Source: an uncultured Phycisphaerales bacterium (lineage in GTDB: Bacteria; Planctomycetota; Phycisphaerae; Phycisphaerales; UBA1924). From it: a DNA stretch of 64,000 nucleotides. A program made the position numbers and the translations under genes. The number at the start of each line of letters is the position of its first letter. Position 1 is the first letter of the stretch. The stretch covers positions 44,504 through 108,503 of the forward strand of contig CALKVL010000017.1 in NCBI GenBank assembly GCA_937997415.1, in the 5' to 3' direction. Below, one piece after another: positions 42,001 to 50,809 of the stretch. The notes below the pieces were generated by a model that was given only the letters and a program-made list of their open reading frames with translations, was not told the DNA's origin and made no database searches.

Positions 42001-44184
42001 CAGCGCACGCGCGGAAGGACGGATCGCCGCGGGAAGCTGCACCCATGCCGACCCATCCCACTCCCACGTGTCGTTCAGGTACGAGGTGCCGCCGACCCAG
42101 CCGCCGAACGCCAGGCTAGTGGCGCGAGCCTCAACGAAGGTCATGGCCGGCGCGATGCGAGGTGGTGGAACATCGCGATTGACCACGGACCAGATCTGCT
42201 TCTTGCAGGCGTAGATTTTCTCGAAGGGTGTGACATCCTCGTAGGTGTTGCCGATGCGAATCTCATCGATCTCGCCGGAGTACGCCGCGGCCCCGCGGCC
42301 CAACTGGACCTGCGCCCTGGTCACACTGTGGATATCCACGAAGTTGAGCGCCGTCACCGCCGCGGTATGGTCCTCCGGCTCGATGGAGAGTGACGGGTTG
42401 ATCCATAAGCGGAAATCATCGGGGCCGGTCTTGAAGTCGATCCGCATGACCAGCAGCGCCTTGGTCGTCGCCGGTACGGTGGACTGGCGATGGCCGCCGC
42501 CGATGCCGCCGTCGATGCCCCACGTCGATTCCGCGTAGGGCTGCCCGAAGAAGATGAACCGACCGGCGGGGCCGACGGGTAGTTGGACACCCAGGTATGT
42601 CAACCCGACCGAACCGCCCGTTTGCTGCGCGATGAAACTCAACCAGAGTGTGCCGGGCCGATCACCCAACGGTGCACCGCCCCCGAGGTCCAAGGGGCGC
42701 TCGATGATCGACATGGTGGACGCCTCACCCCTTCCGATCGTGTGATTCATCGGGTCGCCGCCGTTGAAGTGGGGCAGGCTGCCCGCGGCGACATTCCATT
42801 GACCTGTGTTCGAGGTCCAGGGGCCTGCCCAGCCGGTGCCGCCGGCCTGACCGGCCATGATGCTCCCGGGCTGGTAGCCGAAGCCTTCGTAGACGGTATC
42901 TGGAAGCAGTCGTGCGGCGGGCAACTGTGAGCCTGGGCCAGTCCATCGCGCCATCCGATTGGCGGAGCCTCCGTTGACGTTGACAAACCGTCCACAGGCG
43001 TACAGCCCCGTGGAGGTTGGGCCACCCGCGGTCATCCGCATGAGCGCATAGACGCGGTCATCGCATCCGGCACCCAAGGGCGCCCAGACGCCGGGCGACC
43101 ATTTGGCGATTCTGGCGGCGGCTACACCACCCGCGTTCAGGAAGTCTCCACCCGCGTACAGCTGGGGCTGGTTGTTGTCGTTGAAAGATCCCAGCGCGTA
43201 GACGGCGTTATCCACGCCGTTGCTTCCCCCGCCTCCAGGCAGGTTCGACCAGAGTGTGCCATTCCAACGCGCGATACGGCTGGCGTTGCCGCCGCCCGCG
43301 ACGGTAAAAGCACCGCCCGCGTACAACTTCAAGCCCGAGCCGTCGTCGAAGGTTGTCAGCGCCCAGCAGTTTCCGTTTAGGCCAGCGCCAAGAGCATTCC
43401 ACGCCGAGCCGTTCCACTTGGCGATGCGGGCGGAGGCCACGCCGCCCGCCAAGGTGAAGATTCCGCCCGCGTAGAGCGCGTTGCCGGTGCCGTCGTCGTA
43501 GTCCACGAGCGCGTAGGTGCCAAGGTTGGTTCCGGTGCCGAGAGGAGACCAGGCCGAACCGTTCCAACGAGCGATGCTCGAGCACGCGATGCCGCCCGCG
43601 GTTGAGAAGTTGCCTCCTGCATACAGCGCCGGGGTGCCGTCGACACGCGAGACGTACAGCACCGGAACGAAGCCGTTGATGCCTTGCCCGGACGGTCCGA
43701 CATCGACCCAGGCCGAGCCGTTCCACTTGGCGATGCGGTTGATCGCCATCGGAGTTCCACCCTGGGTAATGCTGGTGAACGCGCCCGCCGCGAAGAGCCT
43801 TGGCGGGCTGGGACCGGCGCCGTCTTCATCAAAAACGGCCAGCGCGTTGATCGTGTTATTGAAGAGCACACCAGATCCGATGGACGACCACACCGAACCG
43901 TCCCACACCGCGATCCGTGATGCGGAGACGCCTCCTGCGTTGGTGAAGTTTCCGGCCACGACGAGCCGGGGCGGGTTGGGGCCGGGACCATCGGTATCCC
44001 AGGTGGTCATGGCGTAGGCCTCGCTGTTGAGGCCCGGCACACCTGTAGAAATATCCCATTGTGCCGGTGCAAAGGAAGCGCTCACACACAGCACGGCCAG
44101 CCCTGCCCAGCCACTCGTGAGTCGCGCGGCACGCTGGGGGGTTTGAACCTGAAGTTCCATACCGCCTCCTGACATTTTCTTCAT
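39091..44184 (-). CDS. 1697-aa secreted multidomain protein: beta-propeller repeats, LamG-like region, Kelch repeats, alpha/beta-hydrolase (lipase-like) domain, C-terminal Cys-terminated dockerin-like module
   Basis: Signal peptide: AGLAVLCVSASFAPAQW. About 8 repeats of the IA(K/R)WNGSxW...YAGGxF type. Kelch-like DTWEWDG repeats. IVFVHGL plus VVVSHSTGA (oxyanion and nucleophile-elbow motifs). The protein ends ...DVNQDGGIDGSDVQVFFFAWENGSC. AGGAGG lies 4 nt before an internal ATG at 44160, which may be the true start. Confidence 0.85.
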   Translation of the reverse strand: MKKMSGGGMELQVQTPQRAARLTSGWAGLAVLCVSASFAPAQWDISTGVPGLNSEAYAMTTWDTDGPGPNPPRLVVAGNFTNAGGVSASRIAVWDGSVWSSIGSGVLFNNTINALAVFDEDGAGPSPPRLFAAGAFTSITQGGTPMAINRIAKWNGSAWVDVGPSGQGINGFVPVLYVSRVDGTPALYAGGNFSTAGGIACSSIARWNGSAWSPLGTGTNLGTYALVDYDDGTGNALYAGGIFTLAGGVASARIAKWNGSAWNALGAGLNGNCWALTTFDDGSGLKLYAGGAFTVAGGGNASRIARWNGTLWSNLPGGGGSNGVDNAVYALGSFNDNNQPQLYAGGDFLNAGGVAAARIAKWSPGVWAPLGAGCDDRVYALMRMTAGGPTSTGLYACGRFVNVNGGSANRMARWTGPGSQLPAARLLPDTVYEGFGYQPGSIMAGQAGGTGWAGPWTSNTGQWNVAAGSLPHFNGGDPMNHTIGRGEASTMSIIERPLDLGGGAPLGDRPGTLWLSFIAQQTGGSVGLTYLGVQLPVGPAGRFIFFGQPYAESTWGIDGGIGGGHRQSTVPATTKALLVMRIDFKTGPDDFRLWINPSLSIEPEDHTAAVTALNFVDIHSVTRAQVQLGRGAAAYSGEIDEIRIGNTYEDVTPFEKIYACKKQIWSVVNRDVPPPRIAPAMTFVEARATSLAFGGWVGGTSYLNDTWEWDGSAWVQLPAAIRPSARALAGIATDTFRDRAVLFGGEGGVGVAGIRGDTWEFDALTATWTQMVAPGPAARSRHAMAFDSARGVTVLFGGWTGTGPLTDTWEWNGAGWVQVGLGGPAPTPRYSPAMAYDAHRRRVVLFGGQTAGGSSVLGDTWEWDGVVWSLVRTSGPPARTISAMAFDSKCNRVVLHGGYNGTQFLSDTWEWDGAEWVRAEDTPTAHGQSGMCYDNARNRMVYLNADLFSQPGMNSTETLERRCVCESEGIERGPAGMIAYPPNLEPGSLDEGSWIIDIQGRVSSLHPTLNTQLVTWLKDFPCDPAIGGDPPPPETDLPNCDADLAALGITGVSCDEFAETIRKWDEQILEEVRNEVDPFTPDSDAIVTYSYHNPPAYCPCPDQQYLFGGRDIVFVHGLRLDPLFERLVCSESTAPGAYTKWPDDISEFYPGGYWHEGAKRYWEDHIHEYMTSRGFRNRYIIVSYAATQRLDVAARAMMRQIADAMQYGDAAHGVYDPMGRYENNFGTPSYVVVSHSTGAPVTDITMSAASRFSNLNVGHVPELCKAHVSIQGAFGGSRLATAAIVLGGYLQTNPPTLPPWLCPAVNILLDLIDITGVGNNACRIDCDNLFDFLPLARSNLVDLVPVVMHYKWRSYQNTTPIKTLTLAGGHPTSLAPIKYLLLQGFDDNTVSFDSALSSANHPLLRPAGYRPQLDLPVLFGKVFDRGLFSPAGRGQPTKAIGLFIDQVRDKWFAPFPSIGLVVHPLLVGASATPYLSPSGMIQPVQREYKLTGGYNPRNRKPNHYSFLQSTADHFAGPNGDRDYNSSFGAACDEESWVVDDPAVFAHVPNTRYPFDNAPLIRPGFVGAGGDVPHSIQIRRARPLPHTRRWLQRLLQFFKYDWERHYILLEDWQSKNMYDIMYETVLTQRVNYCDEHCGDPPPGCVGDFNNDGGFDGADVESFFEAWQNGIADADVNQDGGIDGSDVQVFFFAWENGSC

Positions 44185-44616
44185 TTCACTACTACGGATG
44201 AGATCCTTGAAACATCCCGGAATGAGTACCCCGGTGACCGTCGCAGACAGAACTGCTCAGAGGTGTTCGCGCTTTCGCAGTTCGATCTAACAGTCGATTG
44301 TGAAGAAATAATCCGAGGACAATATAAATAGAAGGCAAGACCCGAATACTTAACAAAACACAAACTATTAGTGCATTGGGCTTCCCCCGCAGAGATGCAC
44401 AAGTTTGAACACGAGGGTTAAGAGACGTCCGTGAGGATCAAAACCGTACCTCATAATGCAAGGGAACGAACAACCGGACGGAATTAAAGGAAAGGAGTCT
44501 CAAAACGAGAACTACATGGCGTCTTGTGCAAGTTTGAGTCTGAGCCCTCCATTGCGGACGTCCTTGCCACCCGATAAACTATAAGTACGGTTATACAACA
44601 GTCTTGGCAGCAACAC

Positions 44617-46404
44617 ATGAACGACATACGCCGCATCCTCGCTCAGGCTTCTCGCCGTTTGTGGATCACAGATTCACTGAGAACACTCACCTACGTGCTG
44701 GCCGCTGCGCTCGTCGCGGTGCTCGCTGTCCGTGTCGTGGAGCGGGTCTTCGGGTATGGATTCCCCTGGCGAACGATCTTTTACGGCACTGCCGCGGGCA
44801 TCGCATTGGTGACTCTGGTGTGGAGTATCCTTGCGCGCCGCCGCGCACTCTCGGTGGCGAAGGTACTGGACGAAAGAGCCGGTCTGCGCGAGACACTGAG
44901 CACGGCTCTTTACATGCAACGATCGGAAGATCCATGGGCGAAAGCAGTCATCGAGACCGCTGGTGAAAAAGCGCGCGGCGTGAAAGTGGGGGACGCTCTT
45001 CCCATCGAGTCCCCCCGTTTCTGGCCTGTTCCCGTGGCGATGGCCATCGCCTTCGGCCTGGTGTGGCAGTTCCTGCCCGAGTTCGACATCTTCAAATACC
45101 AGGCCGACAAGGTCGCGAAGGAAGAAAAGCAGCGGGCCATCGTCGAGGTCAAGACCGATCTTGATTCCAAGAAAGAGGAACTCAGAAAGGCTCTTGAGAA
45201 GGCCAAGGTGGAGTTTCTTGATCAGTCCCCCGAAGACCCCGAGGGCAAGGACAAGAAGCCCGATGAACTCGATCCCGATGCCATGCGTCGCGAAGCTGTG
45301 AAACGTCTCACGGATCTGACGGAGAAACTCGAGGCGCAAAAAGAGGGCGAGAAGGCGGACCAACTCGACGCGATGAAAGAGGCCATGCGCCAACTCAAGC
45401 AGCCCGGCGATGGCCCGCTCAATGAACTCTCACGCGCGCTTTCACGGGGTGACTTCAACAAAGCGCAGGACCAACTCAGGCAACTGGCCGAGAAGATGGC
45501 GGACTCCAAGACCAGCCCCGAGGCCAAGGCGCAGGCGAAGGAGCAGATGGAGAATCTCGCCAAGCAACTCAAGCAACTCGCGGAGAATCAGGGAAATCTC
45601 GCCAAGCAGTTGCAGAAGGCGGGCCTAGACAAGAAAACCGCAGAAGAACTCGCCAAGGCGGCCGCCACCAACCCCGAGGCGATCCAGAAGGCGCTGGAGA
45701 AAAACCAGAACCTGAGCGAAGAGCAGAAGCAGCAACTGCTCGAGATGGCCAAGGCGGCCTGCAAGGCGGGAGAAAAGTGCGGGAAAATGGGCGAGAGCAT
45801 GTCCAAAATGGCCAAAGGGATGACCCAGGAAGGTCTCCAGCAGGAAGGCATGGAGGGCATGGATGATCTTGAAAAGGAACTCTCGGAGTCCGAGATGCTC
45901 CAGGAGGACATGGCCAATCTCGATGCCGCGCTTGATGCCGCGAAGCAGCAACTCGCCGAACTTGGCAAGTGCCTGGGCGGAGACAGTGACGGCACGGGTC
46001 AGTGCGAAGGCAATGGCAAGACTGGCGGGTGGAAGCCCGGTGAGTCAACGGGCAAAACAGGCAGCGGAAGCGGCGGACCCGGTCAGAGCGCGGGTGGCCA
46101 GGCCCCGCCCCCGGAGGCGGCCGACTTCCAACTCGAAAAGGTCAAGGCCAACACCCAGACCCAGGGCGGCCCGATCATCGGCACACGACTGGTCTACGGA
46201 GAGCAGATCAAGGGTGAGAGCATCGCCGAGTTCTCCGATGTCGTCGCTGCGGGCACCCAGGAAGCCGCCGAGGCGATGGAATCCAATACCATTCCCCGCG
46301 AGTACCACGATGCTGTCAAGCGCTATTTCGGCACGCTGCAGGCGAAGGTGAACAAGGAGAACGCCACGAGCAAGCCCGCGGCGAAACCCGAACCCAAGAA
46401 GTAG
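44617..46404 (+). CDS. Membrane-anchored Lys/Glu/Gln-rich coiled-coil protein, hypothetical
   Basis: N-terminal TM segments: LTYVLAAALVAVLAV, IFYGTAAGIALVTLVWSIL, FWPVPVAMAIAFGLVW. A long charged helical region and a Gly-rich patch follow. Codon usage is lower in GC but consistent in one frame. Confidence 0.7.
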   Translation: MNDIRRILAQASRRLWITDSLRTLTYVLAAALVAVLAVRVVERVFGYGFPWRTIFYGTAAGIALVTLVWSILARRRALSVAKVLDERAGLRETLSTALYMQRSEDPWAKAVIETAGEKARGVKVGDALPIESPRFWPVPVAMAIAFGLVWQFLPEFDIFKYQADKVAKEEKQRAIVEVKTDLDSKKEELRKALEKAKVEFLDQSPEDPEGKDKKPDELDPDAMRREAVKRLTDLTEKLEAQKEGEKADQLDAMKEAMRQLKQPGDGPLNELSRALSRGDFNKAQDQLRQLAEKMADSKTSPEAKAQAKEQMENLAKQLKQLAENQGNLAKQLQKAGLDKKTAEELAKAAATNPEAIQKALEKNQNLSEEQKQQLLEMAKAACKAGEKCGKMGESMSKMAKGMTQEGLQQEGMEGMDDLEKELSESEMLQEDMANLDAALDAAKQQLAELGKCLGGDSDGTGQCEGNGKTGGWKPGESTGKTGSGSGGPGQSAGGQAPPPEAADFQLEKVKANTQTQGGPIIGTRLVYGEQIKGESIAEFSDVVAAGTQEAAEAMESNTIPREYHDAVKRYFGTLQAKVNKENATSKPAAKPEPKK

Positions 46405-46410
46405 AGAGTT

Positions 46411-47010
46411 TCAGCGGGTTGATCCATCCGCAGTGCCCGGCCGGCGTTTGACGCGGTCTTTGATGTCGCCCGCGATACGCCGTTCGAGCGCGGGGTCGCG
46501 TCGGACAGGCACCTCATACACGGCCCCTGAGGTCCGCATCGGATCTATTGCCAATGTCGTCAGACCGGCTGCCTTGCTCGGGGCACGAAGCCCGGCGGTT
46601 TGTGTGCGGTGAACAGTGACCCAGACGCTTCCCGATACGGTTTCATCGGATGAGGGAGGTCCGCCGCCCTCCCCCTCGAAAGTCACCCGTACCGTTCGTC
46701 TCTGTTGATTGAGGAGGTCTTCGGCCTCATCGTGCACTGTGGATTGCTCCAGATCCCAGGGTGAAGCCAAGCCCATGCTCGACTTCGGTCGTGTGCTCAG
46801 CACGCCTGCCTCGGCATCCACACGGTCGAGAATGAAACGGCTGTCTCGGAGCGAGTCCTTGGCCGCCGCGAACGCACATTCATACTCGCCGATGTTGATC
46901 TCGAACGAGTTGGTCGGGCCGCCCTTGGCGCACCCCACCGCGTGCCACGAACACCATGCCGTCAGTGACAAGGAAGCGAAAAAAGCCCATGAGCGTGGCT
47001 GGGGTTTCAT
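46411..47010 (-). CDS. Putative lipoprotein, hypothetical
   Basis: MKPQPRSWAFFASLSLTAWCSWHAVGC carries a lipobox-like AVGC. The start overlaps the stop of the upstream PIN/TRAM gene (ATGA). Confidence 0.6.
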   Translation of the reverse strand: MKPQPRSWAFFASLSLTAWCSWHAVGCAKGGPTNSFEINIGEYECAFAAAKDSLRDSRFILDRVDAEAGVLSTRPKSSMGLASPWDLEQSTVHDEAEDLLNQQRRTVRVTFEGEGGGPPSSDETVSGSVWVTVHRTQTAGLRAPSKAAGLTTLAIDPMRTSGAVYEVPVRRDPALERRIAGDIKDRVKRRPGTADGSTR

Positions 47011-48359
47011 CGGCGGGGGTTCCGGGGCGTTCCGGGTCGAGTTGGTCGGAAGGCCTGGGGCGGGGGGAATGGTGATCGTGCCGATTTCACGCCAGTATCA
47101 GCTCGAGGCACGGGATCTATATCCGTCGGGGCATTATCACGGTCTGCGTCCTCGGGAGGTAAGTCCTGTGCCGGAACGAACGGTGCTGATTCGTTCGTGA
47201 GTTTCGGATCAACCGATGATTCAGTTGCTGTGGCAGCAGGGGCTTGCGATTCCGTGATCTTCGCAAAGACAAGTCTGCCGGCGGAGGTTTGCAGACTTGA
47301 CGTGACAGTCAGGTCCACCGCCTGGCCGAGCCGGGATGCCCCGTTTTCTGTAACGACCATGGTGCCGTCGGGGAGATATCCCACGGCTTGCCCGGGTTGT
47401 TCGCCCGGACGGATCAGCCGTACCTGGAGCGACTCGCCCGGCACGAGGGAAGTCTTCATCGCGTTGGCGAGGTCGTTGATGTTGAGGGTGCTGATATTCT
47501 CAATTTTCGCTACCTGCGCGAGTGCGACGTCGCTCGTCACGAGGATCGCGGGCATGGTTCTTGCCCGATCGAGCAGCATCTGGTCCACCGCCTTGCCGGG
47601 CACGGGAGTCTCGTCGATGGTCACATCGAGGCGAGCGGTACGCTGAAGGCGAGCGGTAAACTCCAACCCGCGGCGGCCTTTGGCGCGTTTCAACGGATCC
47701 TGGCTGTCCGCCAGAGTCTGCAACTCGTTGATCACGAATCGGGGGATGACGATCGGGGCCTGCAGGAACCCAGTGGCGGCGACGTCCACCAGTCGCCCGT
47801 CGATGAGCATCGTAGTGTCGAGAAGCATCGGCCTCACGCCGCGGATCTGCTTGGCGAACTCGACATACGGCACCACCAGGCGGAAATCGTCCTGGGTTTG
47901 AAGGACCGTTGTGACGCCGATGTAGCAGAGTGAGAGGCCGATCAGCACCTTGAAGGAGATGACCACAGGTCGGAGCACGTCGAGTGCCTGCGCGTTCTGC
48001 ACCCAACTCTCAAGGAGCAGATCGATGACGAACCCCAGGGCGGCGGTCGCCAGCACACCCGCGATGATGCCCAGCATGACGCCCGTGATCATCGAGATTT
48101 TTTTCTTCGGCGTCGCGAAGTCGATCAGCACCGCCGCGGCGAACATGACCATGGCGACGGCCAGCGATACACCCACCGGCATCCACCACCGAACATCCGG
48201 AGAGAATACCTTCTTGTCGCTCTGCTGCTGCTGAAGGGCAGCCAACAGCGCGAATGTGACCATCAGGATGAGAAACCCTGCTCGGACCACCCGGATGATG
48301 ATCGCCTTGCGGCGTTCCGCCGCTTCCGCCGGGTTGAGTTGTTCCGTTGGCAGTGACAT
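47007..48359 (-). CDS. PIN/TRAM domain-containing membrane protein (YacL-like)
   Basis: Four N-terminal TM segments. PIN domain (LLDTTMLIDGRLVD...VIPRFVINELQTLADS...ILVTSDVAL). TRAM domain (GESLQVRLIRPGEQPGQAVGYLPDGTMVVTENG). Confidence 0.85.
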   Translation of the reverse strand: MSLPTEQLNPAEAAERRKAIIIRVVRAGFLILMVTFALLAALQQQQSDKKVFSPDVRWWMPVGVSLAVAMVMFAAAVLIDFATPKKKISMITGVMLGIIAGVLATAALGFVIDLLLESWVQNAQALDVLRPVVISFKVLIGLSLCYIGVTTVLQTQDDFRLVVPYVEFAKQIRGVRPMLLDTTMLIDGRLVDVAATGFLQAPIVIPRFVINELQTLADSQDPLKRAKGRRGLEFTARLQRTARLDVTIDETPVPGKAVDQMLLDRARTMPAILVTSDVALAQVAKIENISTLNINDLANAMKTSLVPGESLQVRLIRPGEQPGQAVGYLPDGTMVVTENGASRLGQAVDLTVTSSLQTSAGRLVFAKITESQAPAATATESSVDPKLTNESAPFVPAQDLPPEDADRDNAPTDIDPVPRADTGVKSARSPFPPPQAFRPTRPGTPRNPRR

Positions 48360-48484
48360 TCAACCCAGTGTACGGGGCGGTGAGCACGGGGGCGGTTCGG
48401 AGAGAAACAGCCTTCTCGCCGGGTTCGAGTGGCTCGATCTGATCCGGCCCTCCGCGGCGAGCGATCTCCTACCCTTCGATCCAG

Positions 48485-49099
48485 ATGGACATTCAACAGC
48501 GTATCGCCCAGTTCGAGACCATGGTCCGCCCGGAGGCCGATCCTCATAACGACATGGCGTGGTTCAGCCTCGGCGGGGCCTATGCCCAGGCGGGCAGGCA
48601 CGCCGATGCCGCCCGCGCTTACACACGGTGCTTCGAGATCAACCCGGCGATGTCGAAAGCGTACCAACTCGCCGGCAAGGCGCTGATCGACTCGGGAGAC
48701 ACCGCCGGTGCCATCGTCACGTTGACCCGCGGCTTTCATTCCGCGGCTGGCCGGGGCGACTTTCTTCCCCGCAAAGCGATGGGGGAACTTCTCGCCTCGC
48801 TCGGAGCGCCGGTGCCGCAGTTGGAGGAAGAAACAAAGACCCCCGCCGCGGTTTCCGACGGATTTGTCTGCGGGCGGACGGGCAGGCCTGGTACAAAGAT
48901 GGTCAGACCCCCGTTCCGCGGCCCTGTCGGAGAATGGATCGCGGCCAACATCTCTCAAGAGACGTGGATGGACTGGATCAAGCAGGGCACCAAGGTCATC
49001 AATGAACTCCGATTGGATCTTTCACGCGAGGAGGACAGCGCTACCTACGACAGGCACATGAGAGAGTACCTGGGCATCGACGAAAGTGTCGCGGCCTGA
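48485..49099 (+). CDS. TPR-repeat / YggX-like (Fe2+-trafficking, oxidative damage protection) fusion protein
   Basis: The N-terminal AWFSLGGAYAQAGRHADAARAYTRCFEINPAMSKAYQLAGKALIDSGD is TPR-like. The C-terminal GEWIAANISQETWMDWIKQGTKVINELRLDLSREEDSATYDRHMREYLG resembles YggX. Confidence 0.75.
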   Translation: MDIQQRIAQFETMVRPEADPHNDMAWFSLGGAYAQAGRHADAARAYTRCFEINPAMSKAYQLAGKALIDSGDTAGAIVTLTRGFHSAAGRGDFLPRKAMGELLASLGAPVPQLEEETKTPAAVSDGFVCGRTGRPGTKMVRPPFRGPVGEWIAANISQETWMDWIKQGTKVINELRLDLSREEDSATYDRHMREYLGIDESVAA

Positions 49100-49899
49100 T
49101 GGAATCTCCCGCACGCGTCACCATGCCATTGCTTCAAGCCGTCAATCTGCGAAAGTCGTTCGGCGGGCGCACCGTCGTTCGGGATGTCAGTTTTCACGTG
49201 GAGCGGGCCGAGGTCATGGGGCTGCTGGGCCGCAACGGGGCGGGCAAAACCACCAGTTTTCGCATGACCATCGGCATGATCGACCCCGACCCCGGGGCCG
49301 CAAGCCGAGTTCACTTTGATGGAACGGATGTCAGCGCACTGCCTATGTACCGGAGGGCAAGGCTTGGCATGGGCTACTTATCACAGGAGCCGAGTGTTTT
49401 CGGCCGGCTGACGTGTGAGCAGAACCTGCTCGTGATCCTCGAAACGCTCGGATTGAGCCGTGCCGAGCGTCGCATCCGTGCGACCGAACTGCTCGATCAG
49501 TTCGGCCTGGCCCATAAGGCCCGTCACCCCGCCCGCACCTGCTCCGGCGGTGAAAGGCGCAAACTTGAAATCGCCCGCGCCCTGGTCACCAACCCGCGGC
49601 TCATCCTCCTCGATGAGCCGTTTTCAGGCGTTGATCCCATCGCCGTCGAGGACCTTCAGAGCGAGGTTCGACGGCTCGCGGATCGGGGGATCGCGTTTCT
49701 GATCACGGATCACAATGTGCAGCAGACTCTCCGCGTCTGCGACCGTGCTGCCATCATTGTTGAAGGTCGCAAACTCGCCGAGGACACGCCCCGCGCCCTC
49801 ATCAACGATCCCCAGGTGAAGCGTGCATATCTCGGCAATCTCTTCAGGGGCGACGAGTTCGATCACGCCGCGCCATCCGCCGGCGCGGACCATGCCTGA
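49099..49899 (+). CDS. lptB: LPS export ABC transporter ATP-binding protein
   Basis: GRNGAGKTT (Walker A), CSGGERRKLEIARAL (signature), LILLDEPFSGVDP (Walker B), and the LptB-typical tail NDPQVKRAYLG. Confidence 0.9.
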   Translation: MESPARVTMPLLQAVNLRKSFGGRTVVRDVSFHVERAEVMGLLGRNGAGKTTSFRMTIGMIDPDPGAASRVHFDGTDVSALPMYRRARLGMGYLSQEPSVFGRLTCEQNLLVILETLGLSRAERRIRATELLDQFGLAHKARHPARTCSGGERRKLEIARALVTNPRLILLDEPFSGVDPIAVEDLQSEVRRLADRGIAFLITDHNVQQTLRVCDRAAIIVEGRKLAEDTPRALINDPQVKRAYLGNLFRGDEFDHAAPSAGADHA

Positions 49900-49923
49900 A
49901 GTCTGAACGAAAGGCCCCCTCAC

Positions 49924-50511
49924 ATGCTCTCTCCCGAGTTGCTCAGTTCCTCATTCGCCGCGGCGGTCCCGTACGAGCAGTATGTCGCCACCGGCACCCC
50001 GGACCAGCGAGATCAGTGGGGGCGAATCCACGCCCGTGCCTCGCTCACGGCGAGCCAGTCCTCGCTGGTACGCGGCTTTACCCGTCGGGTGAATGTGCTG
50101 GTGTCTTCCGGCCTCTGGTGCGGCGACTGTGCTCATCAGTGCCCGATGCTCGCGCGGATCGCGGAGGCGGGACCGATCCAGTCCGATGGCCGGGGAGTTG
50201 ACCTGCGCTTCATCGACCGCGACAAGGCTCCGGACCTGGCAGATCAAATCCGGATCTGCGGGGGCACACGGGTGCCCACCGCCATCTTCTTGTCCGAGGA
50301 TTATTACTTTGTCTCACTCCTCGGTGATAAAACACTATCTCGGCTTCGTGCCAAAGCCGACAAGTCGCTCGGGGAGTTTTGTCCGGTACCGGGTGCTGAA
50401 CTTCCATCCGACGAACTCGCCGCGACACTTTCGGACTGGCTCGATGAGTTTGAAAGAGTACATTTAATTTTGAGACTTAGTCCGCGGCTTAGGCATACGC
50501 ATGGCGACTAG
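49924..50511 (+). CDS. Thioredoxin-fold family protein
   Basis: WCGDC redox motif in a thioredoxin-like context (NVLVSSGLWCGDCAHQCP...RVPTAIFL). Confidence 0.8.
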   Translation: MLSPELLSSSFAAAVPYEQYVATGTPDQRDQWGRIHARASLTASQSSLVRGFTRRVNVLVSSGLWCGDCAHQCPMLARIAEAGPIQSDGRGVDLRFIDRDKAPDLADQIRICGGTRVPTAIFLSEDYYFVSLLGDKTLSRLRAKADKSLGEFCPVPGAELPSDELAATLSDWLDEFERVHLILRLSPRLRHTHGD

Positions 50512-50610
50512 AAACTAGTCCGATAACTCAGTATCGTCGTCGGCGTTCTCGTTCGTGTGGCCTGTAACGCTTTTTTTAAACTGATAACCGTCTGTTCATT
50601 ACAATCTCTG

Positions 50611-50639
50611 TTGACAAAGACGAGTTTCAGAGTCACAAT
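50611..50639 (+). promoter_or_regulatory. Candidate sigma70-type promoter for the PEP-CTERM gene
   Basis: TTGACA (50611-50616), 17 bp, CACAAT (50634-50639), inside an AT-rich patch. This would give a leader of about 165 nt. Confidence 0.35.
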
Positions 50640-50809
50640 AGAGATGGGCCGGAGGATTGAAGAGACAAGACTCCTTGCCCGTCTGATCGCTGTTTGACTC
50701 CCGGGCGAAACCGGGAAGGGTGTGGTTTGTGATGTCACGCCGCGGCGATGGTTCGGTTCCCGCTCGTGTTTCCGCGCGAGGTCGGGCGTTCGACAAGGAG
50801 AGATGAGAG

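Noticed and set aside
39949-44017. Plus-strand ORFs (39949..40833, 41393..42214 and others) inside the 1697-aa gene
   Set aside because: They are antisense to a continuous frame with repeat and domain structure, and their products are Arg/Pro-rich.
44181-44402. 73-aa minus-strand ORF in the AT-rich gap (MCISAGEAQCTNSLCF...)
   Set aside because: It overlaps the start of the 1697-aa gene, has no SD, and its Cys/Ser-rich odd composition is unlike the local proteins. It is most likely a chance ORF in AT-richer DNA.
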